64,000 nucleotides of DNA. Origin: Octopus bimaculoides. Its lineage: Eukaryota. A model generated the notes under the pieces. It worked only from the letters and a program-made list of their open reading frames with translations. It had not been told where the DNA came from and searched no databases. This document shows, one piece after another, positions 26,087 through 40,400 of this stretch (position 1 is its first letter; every line of letters starts with the position of its first letter). The stretch covers positions 14,630,705-14,694,704 of the forward strand of contig NC_068983.1 in assembly GCF_001194135.2 (NCBI RefSeq), in the 5' to 3' direction. The translations under genes and the position numbers were made by a program.

Positions 26087-26262
26087 CTGTTATGTCTCAA
26101 GCTACTGCTATCTAGCACCTTCGGATGATCTCTACTCAACCGCTACACGGCAGCTACTCAACAGTGAGTCCAATGGCAGTCCACCCCTTACCACGGTCAG
26201 ACTACCTCTATTTACATATCTTGGTCGAGCCTACTTCTTCGCTTGGGTGCATCGATACAACG
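26087..26262 (+). repeat. Unclassified interspersed repeat, homologous to 12503-12664 (-)
   Basis: See 12503-12664. Confidence 0.85.
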
Positions 26263-26427
26263 AAACCCAAACACGCATATACACACACATTCACACATAT
26301 ACACACATTCATACATACATGCACACAAACACATGCATGCACAGGTTTATGTACGACAGCCTTCCATACAGTTTCCGACTTAGAAATTTATTCATAAGGA
26401 ATTGATCGGCCCTGGACCACACACACG

Positions 26428-26478
<51 letters not shown>

Positions 26479-26760
26479 TTCAACTGAAATGGATAATTAT
26501 CAGCACAAGTACTCGATTCGTAGAATGTCGAGCAGCAGTTATATTTTTTTAAATACAACACAAGTAACAAAACAACAGCTGCACAATTTTGTAGTAGAAG
26601 GGAGTTGATTGTATAATGCATTTGCTGCATCAACCAACATGGGTAGGGGAATATGCAATCATAAAAAAAAGCAATCAGATTATATAAATTAGTATGACAG
26701 AGAGTGTAGATTTATGGTAGGCGATAACTCATGAACACAAAAATTATAATAAATCAATTT

Positions 26761-26911
26761 AAATATAGATGTTTTCGATCTAGTTTGGATTCTTCGCCAT
26801 CAAATTTGAATACTTTGCCATCAAATTCGATGGCAAAGAATTCAAATATGATGGCAAAGAATTCGAATTTGATGGCAAAGAATCCGAACTAGATTGAAAA
26901 CATCTATATTT
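26761..26911. mobile_element. Foldback/MITE-like palindrome with internal ~21-bp subrepeats
   Basis: AAATATAGATGTTTTCGATCTAGTTTGGATTC pairs with GAATCCGAACTAGATTGAAAACATCTATATTT. The interior consists of ATTCTTTGCCATCAAATT(C/T)GA-like units, two forward and three reverse. Confidence 0.8.
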
Positions 26912-28906
26912 CGTGTGCAAAAATAGGGTATTAAGTATTGTACAATATTCTAATAATCCCTTTCGTTATGCGCTCATTTGTCTATGGCAATTTGGAGCCT
27001 TGAAAGCTATATCATATTGAAGTCACACTATTTGTAAGATCCGGCCATATTAGTCACCCGAAAACAATGGTATATATTTTAATCCTAAGCATCTGACACA
27101 CCACAATATTTATTTGTGTACTCCAAATGCAATAGTACGTATCTAATTCATCGGATTTTACTCTATAAATAAAGTCTTTGCTGGACATGTTTCTGTAGGT
27201 GATACTTTATAGTTCGTTGCCGCTCTTTGTTCTGAATTACCGTGCCAGATCGCGAGAAGAACATTTCTGCACAACGCCTGCTGTAAGTTTAAGCGTTAAT
27301 CATAGTGACAAAACGCTACAAGAATGTAAGAAACAGACCTCAGTGGAGAGTAACAGTTGTTCGCAAAGGAGTTAACTTCTAGAGTTTTTCTGATATTATT
27401 TCCATTGTTAGTCGTTTAAAAATAATGCAAAAGTTACACCCGTCTCTTGACGCCGATTAGAATTATACTTGCATTTAGGGATATGCTGATCTATTTCAGG
27501 ATATGAAGTTTTCCGGAGAGGTCTATAACTTATATCTGCTGAAGCGTAGAGATTTCTTAAATGTTCGAAATTATAGTAGGTTAGTCATCATATCAAAATA
27601 TATCGCATGGAAATTATAAAAATAATCATCACGTGAAAGAAATTCAGAACTTCATCTCTGGAACCTCATTTATGACATCGTACCAACCAGTTCTGAAAAA
27701 TGTTGAGTAATTACGCAGCATACATTCGGAAATAATCTAAAGTGCACAGTTTTCAGAAAAAGAAGAGCCAGCAAGAAAGCATAAAAGAATGAAATACAAG
27801 CAGCAGTTCTTTCTATCCAACCACAAATGCTGTCTAATAAACCGCTCTAAAAGTGAGCTGAATATAATAACTGTATTCCTGTCGCGATTAATCATGAAAT
27901 TTGTAAGGTTTCGAGATGATTGGCATTGCTGTGTCGCTGAGTACTAGTGACACAAAAGCTTTGAATGCAGAACCACAAAGACGACAGTATGTCACTTTTA
28001 TACTGTTATATTTTTCTACAGTTTCAATAAACGAAGACGTTCAGCACGTGACGTCTTCATACACACATACATTCGTACATTCATACACCTTAAAAAAATA
28101 TGAACTTCTGACGTGATTTGTTTGGGGAAATAGTGGATCTCGAGCAGCCGAATCTATTAAAAAATAAAGTGCAAAAGTGGGGGTCAAAATCCCTTGGAGA
28201 GAAAAAGTTCAAGTCTACATCGGCACTTTATGCTCCAAACCGAAAATCGAATAGAGTTAAAGTGCTGAAAAAAAAAAAGAAAAAAAAACGAGTGAGAAGA
28301 TTTGGTGGAAGGAGATGATGTTATTAAAAAGACAAAAAAAAAAAAAGGCAAGGAAAGATCTTGCTTCCGTTAGATACAAACGTTGAGCTGAAACAATCTA
28401 TGATAAAATGAATCCGTTTATATCCAATAAGATGGCGAACCGACAAATGAAGAAAAACAATGTAATTGCAGTCCTTTGTTATCTATGTTTTTCCAGTGAT
28501 AAAAAATTGAAAGCAATTCAAAAAACGTGTATTCAAAAAGGATACAATTTTATGGCGTTGTTTCATTGATCGGAGGATGCGGAGTTATATTATAAATCAC
28601 GTTTATGTACGTACATATATGCGTACAAAATGCATACATGCATAACATACACACATATACAAAATCATAAACATCCACATATACTTACACACATAAATAC
28701 ATGCATATAGTAAATAGGAGCACCTGCGAGTAGGTAGTTTAAAGCTAGTTCATCTAAACAAGGTATGATATTTTATCACTGGACGTGAAAAGAGACTAAG
28801 CAGATAGTCCTTAGTATTAATGTATATCTCTGGATCATGAAACATATGGGAAGAACGCCTCTTAAGTATATCACATAAAACTGTGGAATATTACGCAGCA
28901 GGATGT

Positions 28907-28939
<33 letters not shown>

Positions 28940-29194
28940 NNNNNNNNNNNNNNNNNNNNNNNNNNNNNNNNNNNNNNNNNNNNNNNNNNNNNNNNNNNNN
29001 NNNNNNNNNNNNNNNNNNACACACACATATATATATATATACACGCTCAATCCAAATATGGAGAAGCAAGAAAAAAATACGAATATATTGCAATTTCGGA
29101 AATATGTTATTTCTACTGGGGTCGTGCAATCACACATTACCTCTTTTTTAGAATCAATATTGCTTCCAAATTTTTGCACAATATCAGAACTTTT

Positions 29195-29610
29195 GGAGAG
29201 GGGAAAAGTCTATTACATAGAACCCGATGCTTAATTTTTACGTATTTTATCGATCTCGAAACGATGAAAAGCAATGTCAACCGCGGCGGAACTTGAACAC
29301 CCAATGCAAAAACTGATGAAATGCCGCTAAGTATTTTGCCCGGTGTGCTAGTATTCTGCTATATAACCCCCTGTTTTATATATTTTTCTTTTTAATCCGT
29401 ATTGGTTTCAAATTTTGGCACAAGGCCAGCAATTTCGGAGCATAGGCTAATTCAATTACATCAACACAAGTGTCCAACTAGTGCTTATCTCATCGATTCT
29501 GAAAGGAAAAAAATATAAAGTCGACTGGAGCGGAATTCGAACACGCAACATAAAAACACAACCGAAATTCCGGTAAGCTTTTTGCTCGGTGTGCTATCAA
29601 TTCTGTCAGC
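29195..29610 (-). mobile_element. Two old co-oriented family B SINEs
   Basis: GCGGAACTTGAAC...GAAATGCCGCTAAG and AAAGTCGACTGGAGCGGAATTCGAAC. Confidence 0.65.
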
Positions 29611-30224
29611 ACTGAATTCTTTCATTCTTTAATTTTTTTGTTTGTTTTTAGTATCAATATTCCAAAATGGAAATACGAAAGAAATATGACTCAGCTAGGG
29701 AACATACTTTCGATTAATTTACATGCTGGAAACAACAGCCAAATCTCTCTTACATGAAATCTGGCTGTTATATAGACCAAAATATATCTGGTAAAAAAGA
29801 AGCAATTGAGGAGGTAGAATAGGAAAGCGTTTTGATGAAAGGTTAACTCGACCTGCGCAGACTTGGGGATAAACTTTACCACGACCACGACCACTTCCAG
29901 TACCGCCACCAGCTTCAACAACAACAACAAAATAGCGAAAGAAATATATAAGTGAAGAGGTTATTCAAAATTTAGAAATGTTTGTTATTTAAGCCCGACT
30001 GATTCAGTAAGCCTATTAGTGTAAGAGCTACATAAATGACAATTTTTTAAGCATCTAACGAGGCTACAAAAGGTACGCAATTAGTAGAAAGCGATACCTC
30101 ATTTCTTGATGGGAGAAGGATATAAGTGCCAACCAGTACGGCGCCGGAAGACTTGAGCAAATGAAGTGCGGGTGTACATACGTAAATACATGCACACACA
30201 CATATACACACGCGGATATGTATG

Positions 30225-30256
<32 letters not shown>

Positions 30257-30624
30257 AATTATCAACGGCCGGGGAAGGGATTTCGTAATCAATTTCATTA
30301 GCCTGCAGCCGTTTAATGCTCCCATAACCAGTGCAATCAGAGACGAGTGTTTGTGTAACAGTTTATAGCTTCCTCGGAACTATCAAAATGAAGTATCGCT
30401 ATGCCTAAGGGAAATCACTATACATATATGCATACATACATAGCGATACTTCATTTTGATAGTTCCGAGGTTCAGGTTAAGTCAATCGAATATCAGAAAA
30501 CACAATTCGTAATAAATCGACTTACGCACTCATACACATGCACACATTACGAACTCTTAATTATAAATGTACACAACCGCTCACACAATGTCTCTCTATA
30601 TATAAATGGATATGCGTATGGGTT

Positions 30625-30672
<48 letters not shown>

Positions 30673-31216
30673 TGCAGCGTGCAGCGTGGAAGCCATTTAA
30701 AAACAGACAAAAACCTTCCACGTTGCAGTTGTTTTTGTTTCAGCACACGATTTCAGATCAGGTCACTTGCTACGCAAGTACATCTCCGTAATATATATAT
30801 ATNNNNNNNNNNNNNNNNNNNNNNNNNNNNNNNNNNNNNNNNNNNNNNNNNNNNNNNNNNNNNNNNNNNNNNNNNNNNNNNNNNNNNNNNNNNNNNNNNN
30901 NNNNNNNNNNNNNNNNNNNNNNNNNNNNNNNNNNNNNNNNNNNNNNNNNNNNNNNNNNNTATATATATTTGGAAAATGAGTATAGATGGCTTTTTGGGGA
31001 AAATTTTTATTTTAATAATAATTTTTACAGTGAGTGAATCTGGTATGAGATTCAAGCCTCAAGTAACATTTTTTCAAACTGAACAATGTATGTTTTACTG
31101 GTTACTTATATAGCAAAAAGAAAAAAAAATATTATAAGTGTAGACACAGACAAATATACAGAAAAGAAGGAAAAGTATTTTAAAAAATATACAAAAGCAT
31201 GTGCGTATAAGATGAC

Positions 31217-31219
31217 GAA

Positions 31220-31266
<47 letters not shown>

Positions 31267-31312
31267 AGAAGAAGAAGAAGAAGAAGAAGAAGAAGAAGAA
31301 GAAGAAGAAGAA
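31217..31312 (+). repeat. (GAA)n microsatellite
   Basis: About 32 units. It explains the poly-K and poly-F ORFs. Confidence 0.98.
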
Positions 31313-33142
31313 AGCAGGCAAGGAAAATGAAGGGAAAATTAGTAAATCAAATAAAGATAAAAATAAAGATAAAGATAATAATAAAGATACGACTAATAGT
31401 AGTTGAGAACGGAGGGGAAGGAGAGTTAAGTCCATCAAGAAGAAAGAAATGGAATATTGTGGAGAAGTCAATATTGCTGTGAAATATCAAAAGATTACCA
31501 GTGGGGTGTCTACTGATAAGGGATCACATACTCACTTCTCACACAGCCACGTCTACTAATTTTTTTTCAAATGTATAATAATGTACCAAGAACTTTCTTT
31601 CTCTTGCGTATTTGCATCTACCCGTATGTAAACTCAGAAACACCTTTTTTTTACACACTGGCATCTTGATAAAATTCTTGTAAAAGAGTTTTATCCCTTT
31701 TTGAATTTATTAATCAAATATATANNNNNNNNNNNNNNNNNNNNNNNNNNNNNNNNNNNNNNNNNNNNNNNNNNNNNNNNNNNNNNNNNNNNNNNNNNNN
31801 NNNNNNNNNNNNNNNNNNNNNNNNNNNNNNNNNNNNNNNNNNNNNNNNNNNNNNNNNNNNNNNNNNNNNNNNNNNNNNNNNNNNNNNNNNNNNNNNNNNN
31901 NNNNNNNNNNNNNNNNNNNNNNNNNNNNNNNNNNNNNNNNNNNNNNNNNNNNNNNNNNNNNNNNNNNNNNNNNNNNNNNNNNNNNNNNNNNNNNNNNNNN
32001 NNNNNNNNNNNNNNNNNNNTACAGGATATCAAGAGGTGATATTCTTACTGTATTTGTGTAACCTTGTTCGTTTTTTCCGTTCTTGTTTTTGTGTACATTT
32101 GCTGCTTTTTTCCAAGGAATCTAATGCTCTTAGCTTAGTTTTTCCTTGGGGCTGGCCAGATTGGAGCAATATGGAGAATAACCAGCCGAAATTGCAAGTA
32201 AAATCTGGATCTCAACTGAAGAGAGAAAACTCCGAAAGACATGTCCGTGTTTTCTTTGTATCGTCTATCTGTATGTTTTGTCCCTTTCTTGTATCACCTA
32301 ACTGTATGGATGTTTTGCGTTCTTGTCCCATTCTGTATTATGTATATATACATATGCGCGTGTGCGTGTGTGTGTACGTGTGTGCGAGAGTATGTGTGTT
32401 TCTGTGTGTACATTGAGTTAAGTGGATTATTTCATCTAAATACAAATACGTTTTCAACAGCATAAGTATAATAGGTTTAGAGAACTGTGTATGAACCAGT
32501 TTGCATTTGTACAAGTCTTGAGACATAAAATTTATCATTATTTTCGTGATACGTCTGTTGTCAGTTCTATTGTTAGTAATACAGTGACCACATGTTTCAA
32601 AATATCCCAGAAATATGTCAAAGAGAATTTATAATATCGCTAATCCGAACCATCACTTGCGTGATTTGAAAGAGGTGAGACGTGATTGACCAGGTTATTT
32701 TTAAGCATCATATTTCTAAATTTTTATTGTTGACACGAAGCAGGAATCACACAACCGATGCCAGCGCTAAGCTTTATCTTTGAGGCTTCTCATATAGAGA
32801 TTCAAGCAATGTAAAAGAATTGCAAACGGCAATTTTTCGAATCGGAGATATATTATGCTTACTATTTTAACATACATCTCTCTCTACACACAATCAGAGC
32901 TGGTATTAGGGATGGATACACTGTGCAGTTGTCCAAGTGTCTCATAGTTCTAGGACAACATCTCTGATGTACATATGTTGTGGCTTGCCGGGTCAATAAG
33001 TAAACAATATCGGGTCCAGTCCACTGAGTTGTCTGGTGGTGGTGGCCGTGGGGCAAAATGCACCGAAGATACCTCCTCACACAGTAATAATAAAATACAA
33101 CACCCAATGCTATAGATGATCAAATATACTATAGGGTAAAGC

Positions 33143-33173
<31 letters not shown>

Positions 33174-33536
33174 AGAGAACGTGAGAGAGATTATGCGTAC
33201 ACATGATACAGAAACGCACAGAGATATATGCTGTTACAAACATATTTATATATGCATATTTGTGCTGAGTTTTGATGCATATAGAGCCACTTCTTTGCTC
33301 TTATTTTTTCCAGATCAACACTGACACGATTTAGATGTACCTTTCAGACTCTCAGCTATGAATTAACTAGCATATATATATATCCAGATTTTACATGAGC
33401 GTGTAGATGCAAAATTACCATTGGTTGGTGTCTGGCTGCGCTGCAAAACCACTGAGAGTGACACTGATGTAAAACCCGACGGTTTCACGTGATTACCAGT
33501 CATCTCGATTTGGCCTCACACACACACACACACAAT

Positions 33537-33652
<116 letters not shown>

Positions 33653-36600
33653 ATTGATATTGATATAAATATAGATATACATACATATATACATATTAGT
33701 TTAACTTTGAATCTTATTATTGGTCGGTTCAGCAATTGTCATTCATCAACTTGAGTTGATAATGACCTTATATCTTGTTTCTGCGAATTTCCGTGTATCA
33801 CTCTTTCTCGTTTTCTTTTTTCCCTGTATATTTGTCTGTACCTGTGCATGTTTGTGTGAGTCTGTGTGTTGCAACATATATTAAATACCGTACAAAAAAT
33901 ATTTTATTTATCGAAATCATTTCTCCTTAAGAAAAAAAAAAAAAAAAAAAAAGAAACGACTTTTGGCAATTGACACCAACTACAAAAAAGGCGGTAATAG
34001 TGTATCAAACGTTTCTCTAAAATCGACATGTCATTACGAAAAATGCAGTTTTTACATCTGGCGACAATTGGATATCCAAATATACGTGATCCTGCCTCAT
34101 TTCGCTTTATCAGCACAGCAGTTAATCTACTTTATCTCAGCAAATCAGACGTTTAGATTTATACAAAAAGCAACAACAAAAAGGAAACCCTATACATTTG
34201 CATTATGTAAACGGAAATGAGTTAAGAGTCAGCCATAAGGGAATGCAATAGCTTATATTTGAACAACGAGTATTTAAAATCATCTGGTAGGGACTGGAAC
34301 CGACACAAAGTGAGAGGCGGTGATAATCTCAAGAAATTAAGGATTGTCCAAAGGACTCTCAAGTCTGTCCCTGTCTCGGTAAGCGTCACCCGCTCAGTAG
34401 CTATCGTATTTTGTCACCAGGAGAGCAAAGGAGATATTCTTCTCTACTCTAAGCACAAGGCCCGAAATATTGGGGGAGGGTGCCAGTCGATTAAATCGAC
34501 ACCATCAGGAGAGGAGATATGTAGAAAAACATGTGCGTCGATCAAATTTGGTATGCAATAATATTTATCTACATATCAACATTAAATAACACCAATATTT
34601 TTGACATAAGTTGTAGGTGTATTATTAAGACGTTCCCAAGAAAACCTTAAATCATAACAAACATTAAAATATATCGGACATATCCTATAGTAGTGAGGCA
34701 ACAAACCTAGAATTTATGAAACTGTAGTAAAAAAAAATATCAGTATACATGGGAAGAACTATATTGCTGAGCATTGACTCAATAAGCGTAACACAATTGA
34801 AGCCTTCAGAAACTTGATTAATAATGGCGAACTATCTCGGATGATTTTTAATATCGTCCGCACATCTATAACACAAAAACGGCATCCCAGAGGCTAGGCT
34901 TTCTCTTTGGAATGAAAAAAATATTTCAGATAATGTTTTATCCTACTTAATCTAAATAAATGTCGAAAAGTATTAAGTAGGATTGCAATATCTATCTCGA
35001 CTTGATTCCCATCAGTAAGATAGGCTTGTGTAGTAATCATAACTTCTGATCCGAATAGATTATTGTTATCGACTCAGTTCTCAAAAATCCCAGGACAACT
35101 GTATGTTTTAAGATTTCAAATATTGTTCAACAACAACAAAAACAAAAATAAAAGACAAATTAATTATTTTATTTACTTAGAGAGTCTGTGTGCCTTGTTG
35201 AATAACATTCGCTGTCATCTTTATTTGAAATATACATGCGACATTAGATGAAAGGGAAAAAATAGAATTGGAAAATACGGCCAGAATAAAAGTTTTTATC
35301 GACTCACTCGGTGAAAATTTTATTTTGCGATAAGGGAGCCGAAACTTTTTTACTAATGATTGGCAGAAAACTGACAATTGCACAAACTATTCAAAAAAAC
35401 TAATGTTACAATTTTCTCTCCTATCTGAATTAGTCAACTCTACTATATCAACAACTATCGTAAAAAAAAAACATTCATAGATGGCTCAGTTTAGCTGTGG
35501 TAAACCCAACAATACAAAGAAAAGCCAACTGCAGTATGTATAATAGTTGAAATAATAGTTACTTTACACTGCTGTTTCTACAGTACTTATAGAGAATGTG
35601 TATTATACATTTGCAACAACCAGTGTATACTTAAAGAGATTGACACAGACTATTAACAGGTATTTTGTTATAGTTAAAGTGCAAACGAAGTTTTCAAATA
35701 TTGGTCTCTGTCTAATTCTGTTTGACTTTATATTCTTGAAAACAAGCAAGTTTAACTTATAAAAATCTTCGAAGTTTGTTCGACATATTGTAATTACATT
35801 AAAGGTATTTCTTGTGTTTTGATTCGGATTTCGAAAGACGTTCGTTTCAGACAGAAATATCTCTGCTACGAAGTTCCTTTGAGAACATTATCTCAGTAGC
35901 TCTCTGAAAGATCGGTTGAATTGAAGGTTTCTTGATATTCGGATGCAGAAATGCAAAATCTGATTTACCAGTGGGTTTAGTATACTCATATCAATGACAC
36001 TCTTCTGAAAGGATGCCAATGGCTGAACTTCAAATATATGATGCAAGGGACATAACCTATCTCGTGTATTGTATTTCATGCGTGTAGCGCAAACGAAACA
36101 CAACATCCAGCATGGGCTTTTGTGACTCAGTCAAGTGTGTATGTAAGGTTCTGTGAATTTATCATATTCGAGTGCACTTATTTAAAATGTTTGACGTAGT
36201 TTAATTATTTTTGTTTTTTTTCGAGTGGAGAGTTAATGTCCATGATCTGTAACACGGCCTCTGACACTTGTGAGAGGTACGTATCCTCAAATCAGAGATC
36301 TGGTTCGAAAATTTGCTTCCAACAGATTGCACAGTGCTAAAGGAACCCTGACGTCAGGCACTCGCTTCAAGCCAGGCGTTGCAATAAATATAACCGCCCC
36401 CAAAAGCCCATAGCTGGATTTTAAAATTAGAAGGAAGGAGCCAAATCAAATAAAAACCTCATCTCATTCGGGGGTTTTATTACAGTTCTGCCGATCCGCA
36501 ATTTTGGATAGGTATTTTTTTAGTGACTTCGAAAGCATAAAATAACAAAGTAGACTTCGGTGTGATTTCAGCTGAGAACGCAAAGAGAATCGGAAATAAT

Positions 36601-37789
36601 ATTTCGAAACATTCTAATGACACTCTAACGACTTATCCATTTCGCTGTCTATCTCTATGGATTTTATTAAAACTCTTCCTTGATTATGTAAAACTGCGTC
36701 AAGATTCAGAAATTAGATAATTTTATACTGAACAGTTCCAAGGGAGAATATATTTTGAAATTACGTAAATATATATAATTTGCTTAAACTCGTAAAAATT
36801 GTTCAACAAGCAATCCACTTGTCATACGCTTACAATATAGCAAATTAGAGCAGGAATGATATTTATTTTTGGAAGCTACATTAAATTACCCATAATTTGA
36901 TATGTAATATACAGTGATTCATTCGTAATTAGATACATGAACAAGGAAATTTCAAAATGTCGTACACCTATAAATTTTAGGAAAGGAGGAAACTCAGGAA
37001 AAAACCCCCACAATTTTATTATATATTTTAAGAGCTGAATTTCGTTGTGTGAGTGATGCTAGAATTCTACGACAGAAGGCAACTATTTGTGGTCTATTGA
37101 AATATTAATCATTTCAATAATGTTCCAAAGTGTTAAACTACCATCAAAAGTACATAATTCTAGTATACGAGTGGAGAATCCTTTGAGTAGAAAGGAAATA
37201 ATTATTTTGTGTTAGAGTATTTGCTACAAGTAAATAGGAATTAAGAAGTGGCCTTCAATATTCCTTCTCTCTTTTGTTCTGTACTATGTGTCTTTCTTGC
37301 ATACTGGTGGATGTGTGTCGTAAATGTACTGAGAATGAAAATACGAACATCAGCATGAACATTTATCGCGAGACTGTTACTGAGGTCGATATTTAGAATA
37401 TTTCACTTGCCTATACAGGAAGTCTGTTCCACAGATATTAAAACAAGTATTATCATAACACTGTCTGGAAGCTCTCATACAGACAATATCTTCTACATCA
37501 TCTCTCAAGAATAGATAAATTGACACACCAGGAATTTTTCTATGTTCTATATCCATCTTAGACGAATAAACAACAAAAGAAGCAAAGCATTAATCCGTAC
37601 ATACATTCAATACCGTATGATGTTACTCAGAATTTGATAAACAACAGTAGCCAAAAGCCAAAATGAAAGCATCAGCAAAATGTTGAACATTTTACAATTT
37701 GAGATTGAACACCCCCAATTCCCAATTACTCGTATTCTAACATTCAAGCACAAAACTTCAGAAGGGAACGAATGTATGACAGTAAATAA

Positions 37790-38115
37790 AAAATACTGGC
37801 ACCTCGTCGGTTACAACGACGATGGTTCCACTTGATCCGATCAACGGAACAGTTTGGTCGAGAACTTAACGGACAAATGACTGGGCATTCCACAAACATG
37901 CGTACCCTTAACGGAGTTCGTACGGAGATTCAACATGACACATAGTGGGAAAAGAACTGACACTTTGAAGTACAAGTACTACTCGTTTTTGCCAACTGAG
38001 TGGAGTGGAGCAACGTAAAATGAAGTGTCTAGCTCAAGGGCACAACGTACCACCAGGAATTAAATTCACCACCTTACGATTGCGAGTCGAATATCCTAAC
38101 CGCAAGGCCACGCGC
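37790..38115 (-). mobile_element. tRNA-derived SINE family C (CORE-like CCCTTGAGC.AGACACTT)
   Basis: Minus strand begins GCGCGTGGCCTTGCGGTTAGG (A-box-like), then TTAATTCCTGG, then GTGCCCTTGAGCTAGACACTTCATTTTACGTTGCTCC. Confidence 0.75.
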
Positions 38116-38199
38116 TTTTACTACGGAAGCAAATAACTAAGAAGGAAACCACTCTGTCCTCGAACTAACTGGTGTGTATTGTTTGTGTTACCTGAAAGT

Positions 38200-38254
<55 letters not shown>

Positions 38255-38351
38255 GGAAAACACTCGGCGAGAAATGGAAGAAAATTTGAAGAAAGAAGAA
38301 AAATAACAATAATAATAATAATTGTAATAATAATAATAATGTTAATAACAC

Positions 38352-38521
38352 ATAATTTTCTTATGGTTTCTTAAACATTCACTTGAACAAAACTGTGCAA
38401 ATCCAAATATATGGTACCCTAGGCATAACACCTACACGAACTTCTAACTTGTTGTCTCTTGAGGTCTCTGGGTGAGACTTGGATCCAACTTGTACAAATG
38501 CAAAACAAAAGTCAAACATAA

Positions 38522-38523
<2 letters not shown>
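38352..38523 (+). mobile_element. Probable 3' UTR stub of an R4/Dong-type retroelement inside (TAA)n
   Basis: A ~170-bp complex insert with (TAA)n on both sides that runs seamlessly into TAA at its 3' end. Contains CTTGAGGTCTCTGGGTGAGACTTGGATCC. The class assignment comes from recollection and context, not from coding sequence. Confidence 0.45.
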
Positions 38524-38580
<57 letters not shown>

Positions 38581-38597
38581 CAACAATGATGATAATG

Positions 38598-38649
<52 letters not shown>

Positions 38650-38685
38650 TAATAATAATAATGGTAATAACAATAATAATAATAA
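38523..38685 (+). repeat. Long (TAA)n microsatellite
   Basis: Read directly from the sequence. Confidence 0.98.
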
Positions 38686-39583
38686 CGAAAGCAAGTGCAG
38701 TCTTACTTGGTCTCGTGAGCATTCCATCATGTCATATTTCAATAGTAATTCTAAAGCGATCCAAGTGCAGGAGATTGCTACAAAAGAGCTTTTGAACAAA
38801 AGAGACAGTAGAAGCCCTAAATCTCTCGAGATGTGACCGAAAATATCGATTATGTTACATTGCTTTGGTAGGTGTTATTGCCTTTTACTCTAGCAATAAC
38901 TGCTTTAGGGAGTTCACTTACTTCAATACTCTTCATCACAAGATATAATGAATTACAATTTTGTTAAACATCACTGACACGAGGTTGTTGGCACTTGCAA
39001 TAACTCAACAGACATATTTGAGCGACAATTCAGGCAGATAGCGGTAGAAATGTTGTCCTTTGTTTGAAGTTCCTTTCTAAAGGAAAGAAACCCGCATACG
39101 GACCAAACAAAAGCGCTAGTACTAACCCACATTAGAGCATGCATAAATACATACACGCAAACTACACACACGCACACTCACACACACACGCACTGATGTA
39201 TGCATATACACTGAAGCAGACATGTACAATTGTACGCACACATTTACTCGAAGTTACACTCGCACATATAAAAGCTTATTCCCTTCGACATATATGCAAG
39301 CAAGAACCCACACACATACCTACACACACATGCACGCTCACATACACATATGTACGCACGCATACAAACACACATACACACACGCACGCACGCAAATACG
39401 CACAGAAAGCTCACAATGTTACTAGAATAATCAGATGTGATTCGATATTGCAGCTATTAATGGAAGATTCAAAATTCGCTGGTCTTGTTTTTCTCTTCCA
39501 CCGTTAGTTCCTTCACCATCGACAGCAATATACCCATTATTACTTTTGTGCCTATAGTAGAAAGGATTATTATTATTATTATT

Positions 39584-39912
39584 GTTCAGTAGTTTTATTT
39601 TTATAACGTGCTTTCACTTCACTACCGAGCGTAGAATGTGTGCAGTACCCAGTAGTGCAATTTTCTGTATGTTATATATATTTGTAAGTCCTGGTGTTTT
39701 TGTTATGTATTTGTCTGAATATTTTTTTTATTATACCCAAGGCACCTACTATGATAGGAATTGTTTCTGTTTTTAGACTCCACATTCGAGTTATCTCTAT
39801 TTCCAGGTCTTTGTATTTTGAAAGTTTTTCCATTTCTTTTCGAGAAACGTTGTCATCTGCTGGTATTGATACATCAATTAGAAAGCATTTTTTTTCTTCA
39901 TGATCTTTGACA
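39584..39912 (-). mobile_element. 3' end of an R4/Dong-clade non-LTR retrotransposon (restriction-like endonuclease domain)
   Basis: VKDHEEKKCFLIDVSIPADDNVSRKEMEKLSKYKDLEIEITRMWSLKTETIPIIVGALGIIKK, then a +1 A slip at 39722-39729, then YSDKYITKTPGLTNIYNIQKIALLGTAHILRSVVK*. It has the D...KxxKY RLE motifs and ends in (AAT)6. The 5' side is lost in a gap. Confidence 0.88.
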
Positions 39913-40342
39913 NNNNNNNNNNNNNNNNNNNNNNNNNNNNNNNNNNNNNNNNNNNNNNNNNNNNNNNNNNNNNNNNNNNNNNNNNNNNNNNNNNNNNNNN
40001 NNNNNNNNNNNNNNNNNNNNNNNNNNNNNNNNNNNNNNNNNNNNNNNNNNNNNNNNNNNNNNNNNNNNNNNNNNNNNNNNNNNNNNNNNNNNNNNNNNNN
40101 NNNNNNNNNNNNNNNNNNNNNNNNNNNNNNNNNNNNNNNNNNNNNNNNNNNNNNNNNNNNNNNNNNNNNNNNNNNNNNNNNNNNNNNNNNNNNNNNNNNN
40201 NNNNNNNNNNNNNNNNNNNNNNNNNNNNNNNNNNNNNNNNNNNNNNNNNNNNNNNNNNNNNNNNNNNNNNNNNNNNNNNNNNNNNNNNNNNNNNNNNNNN
40301 NNNNNNNNNNNNNNNNNNNNNNNNNNNNNNNNNNNNNNNNNN

Positions 40343-40399
<57 letters not shown>

Positions 40400-40400
40400 A

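Noticed and set aside
27199-27282. Open 84-nt exon candidate, with similar ones at about 34284-34371, 36220-36270 and 60855-60891
   Set aside because: The splice sites are plausible but the peptides are unrecognisable and cannot be chained into a known protein. This many are expected by chance.
30270-30325. Cluster of TAAT/ATTA homeodomain-like sites suggesting an enhancer
   Set aside because: Such motifs are ubiquitous in AT-rich DNA and no conservation data are available.
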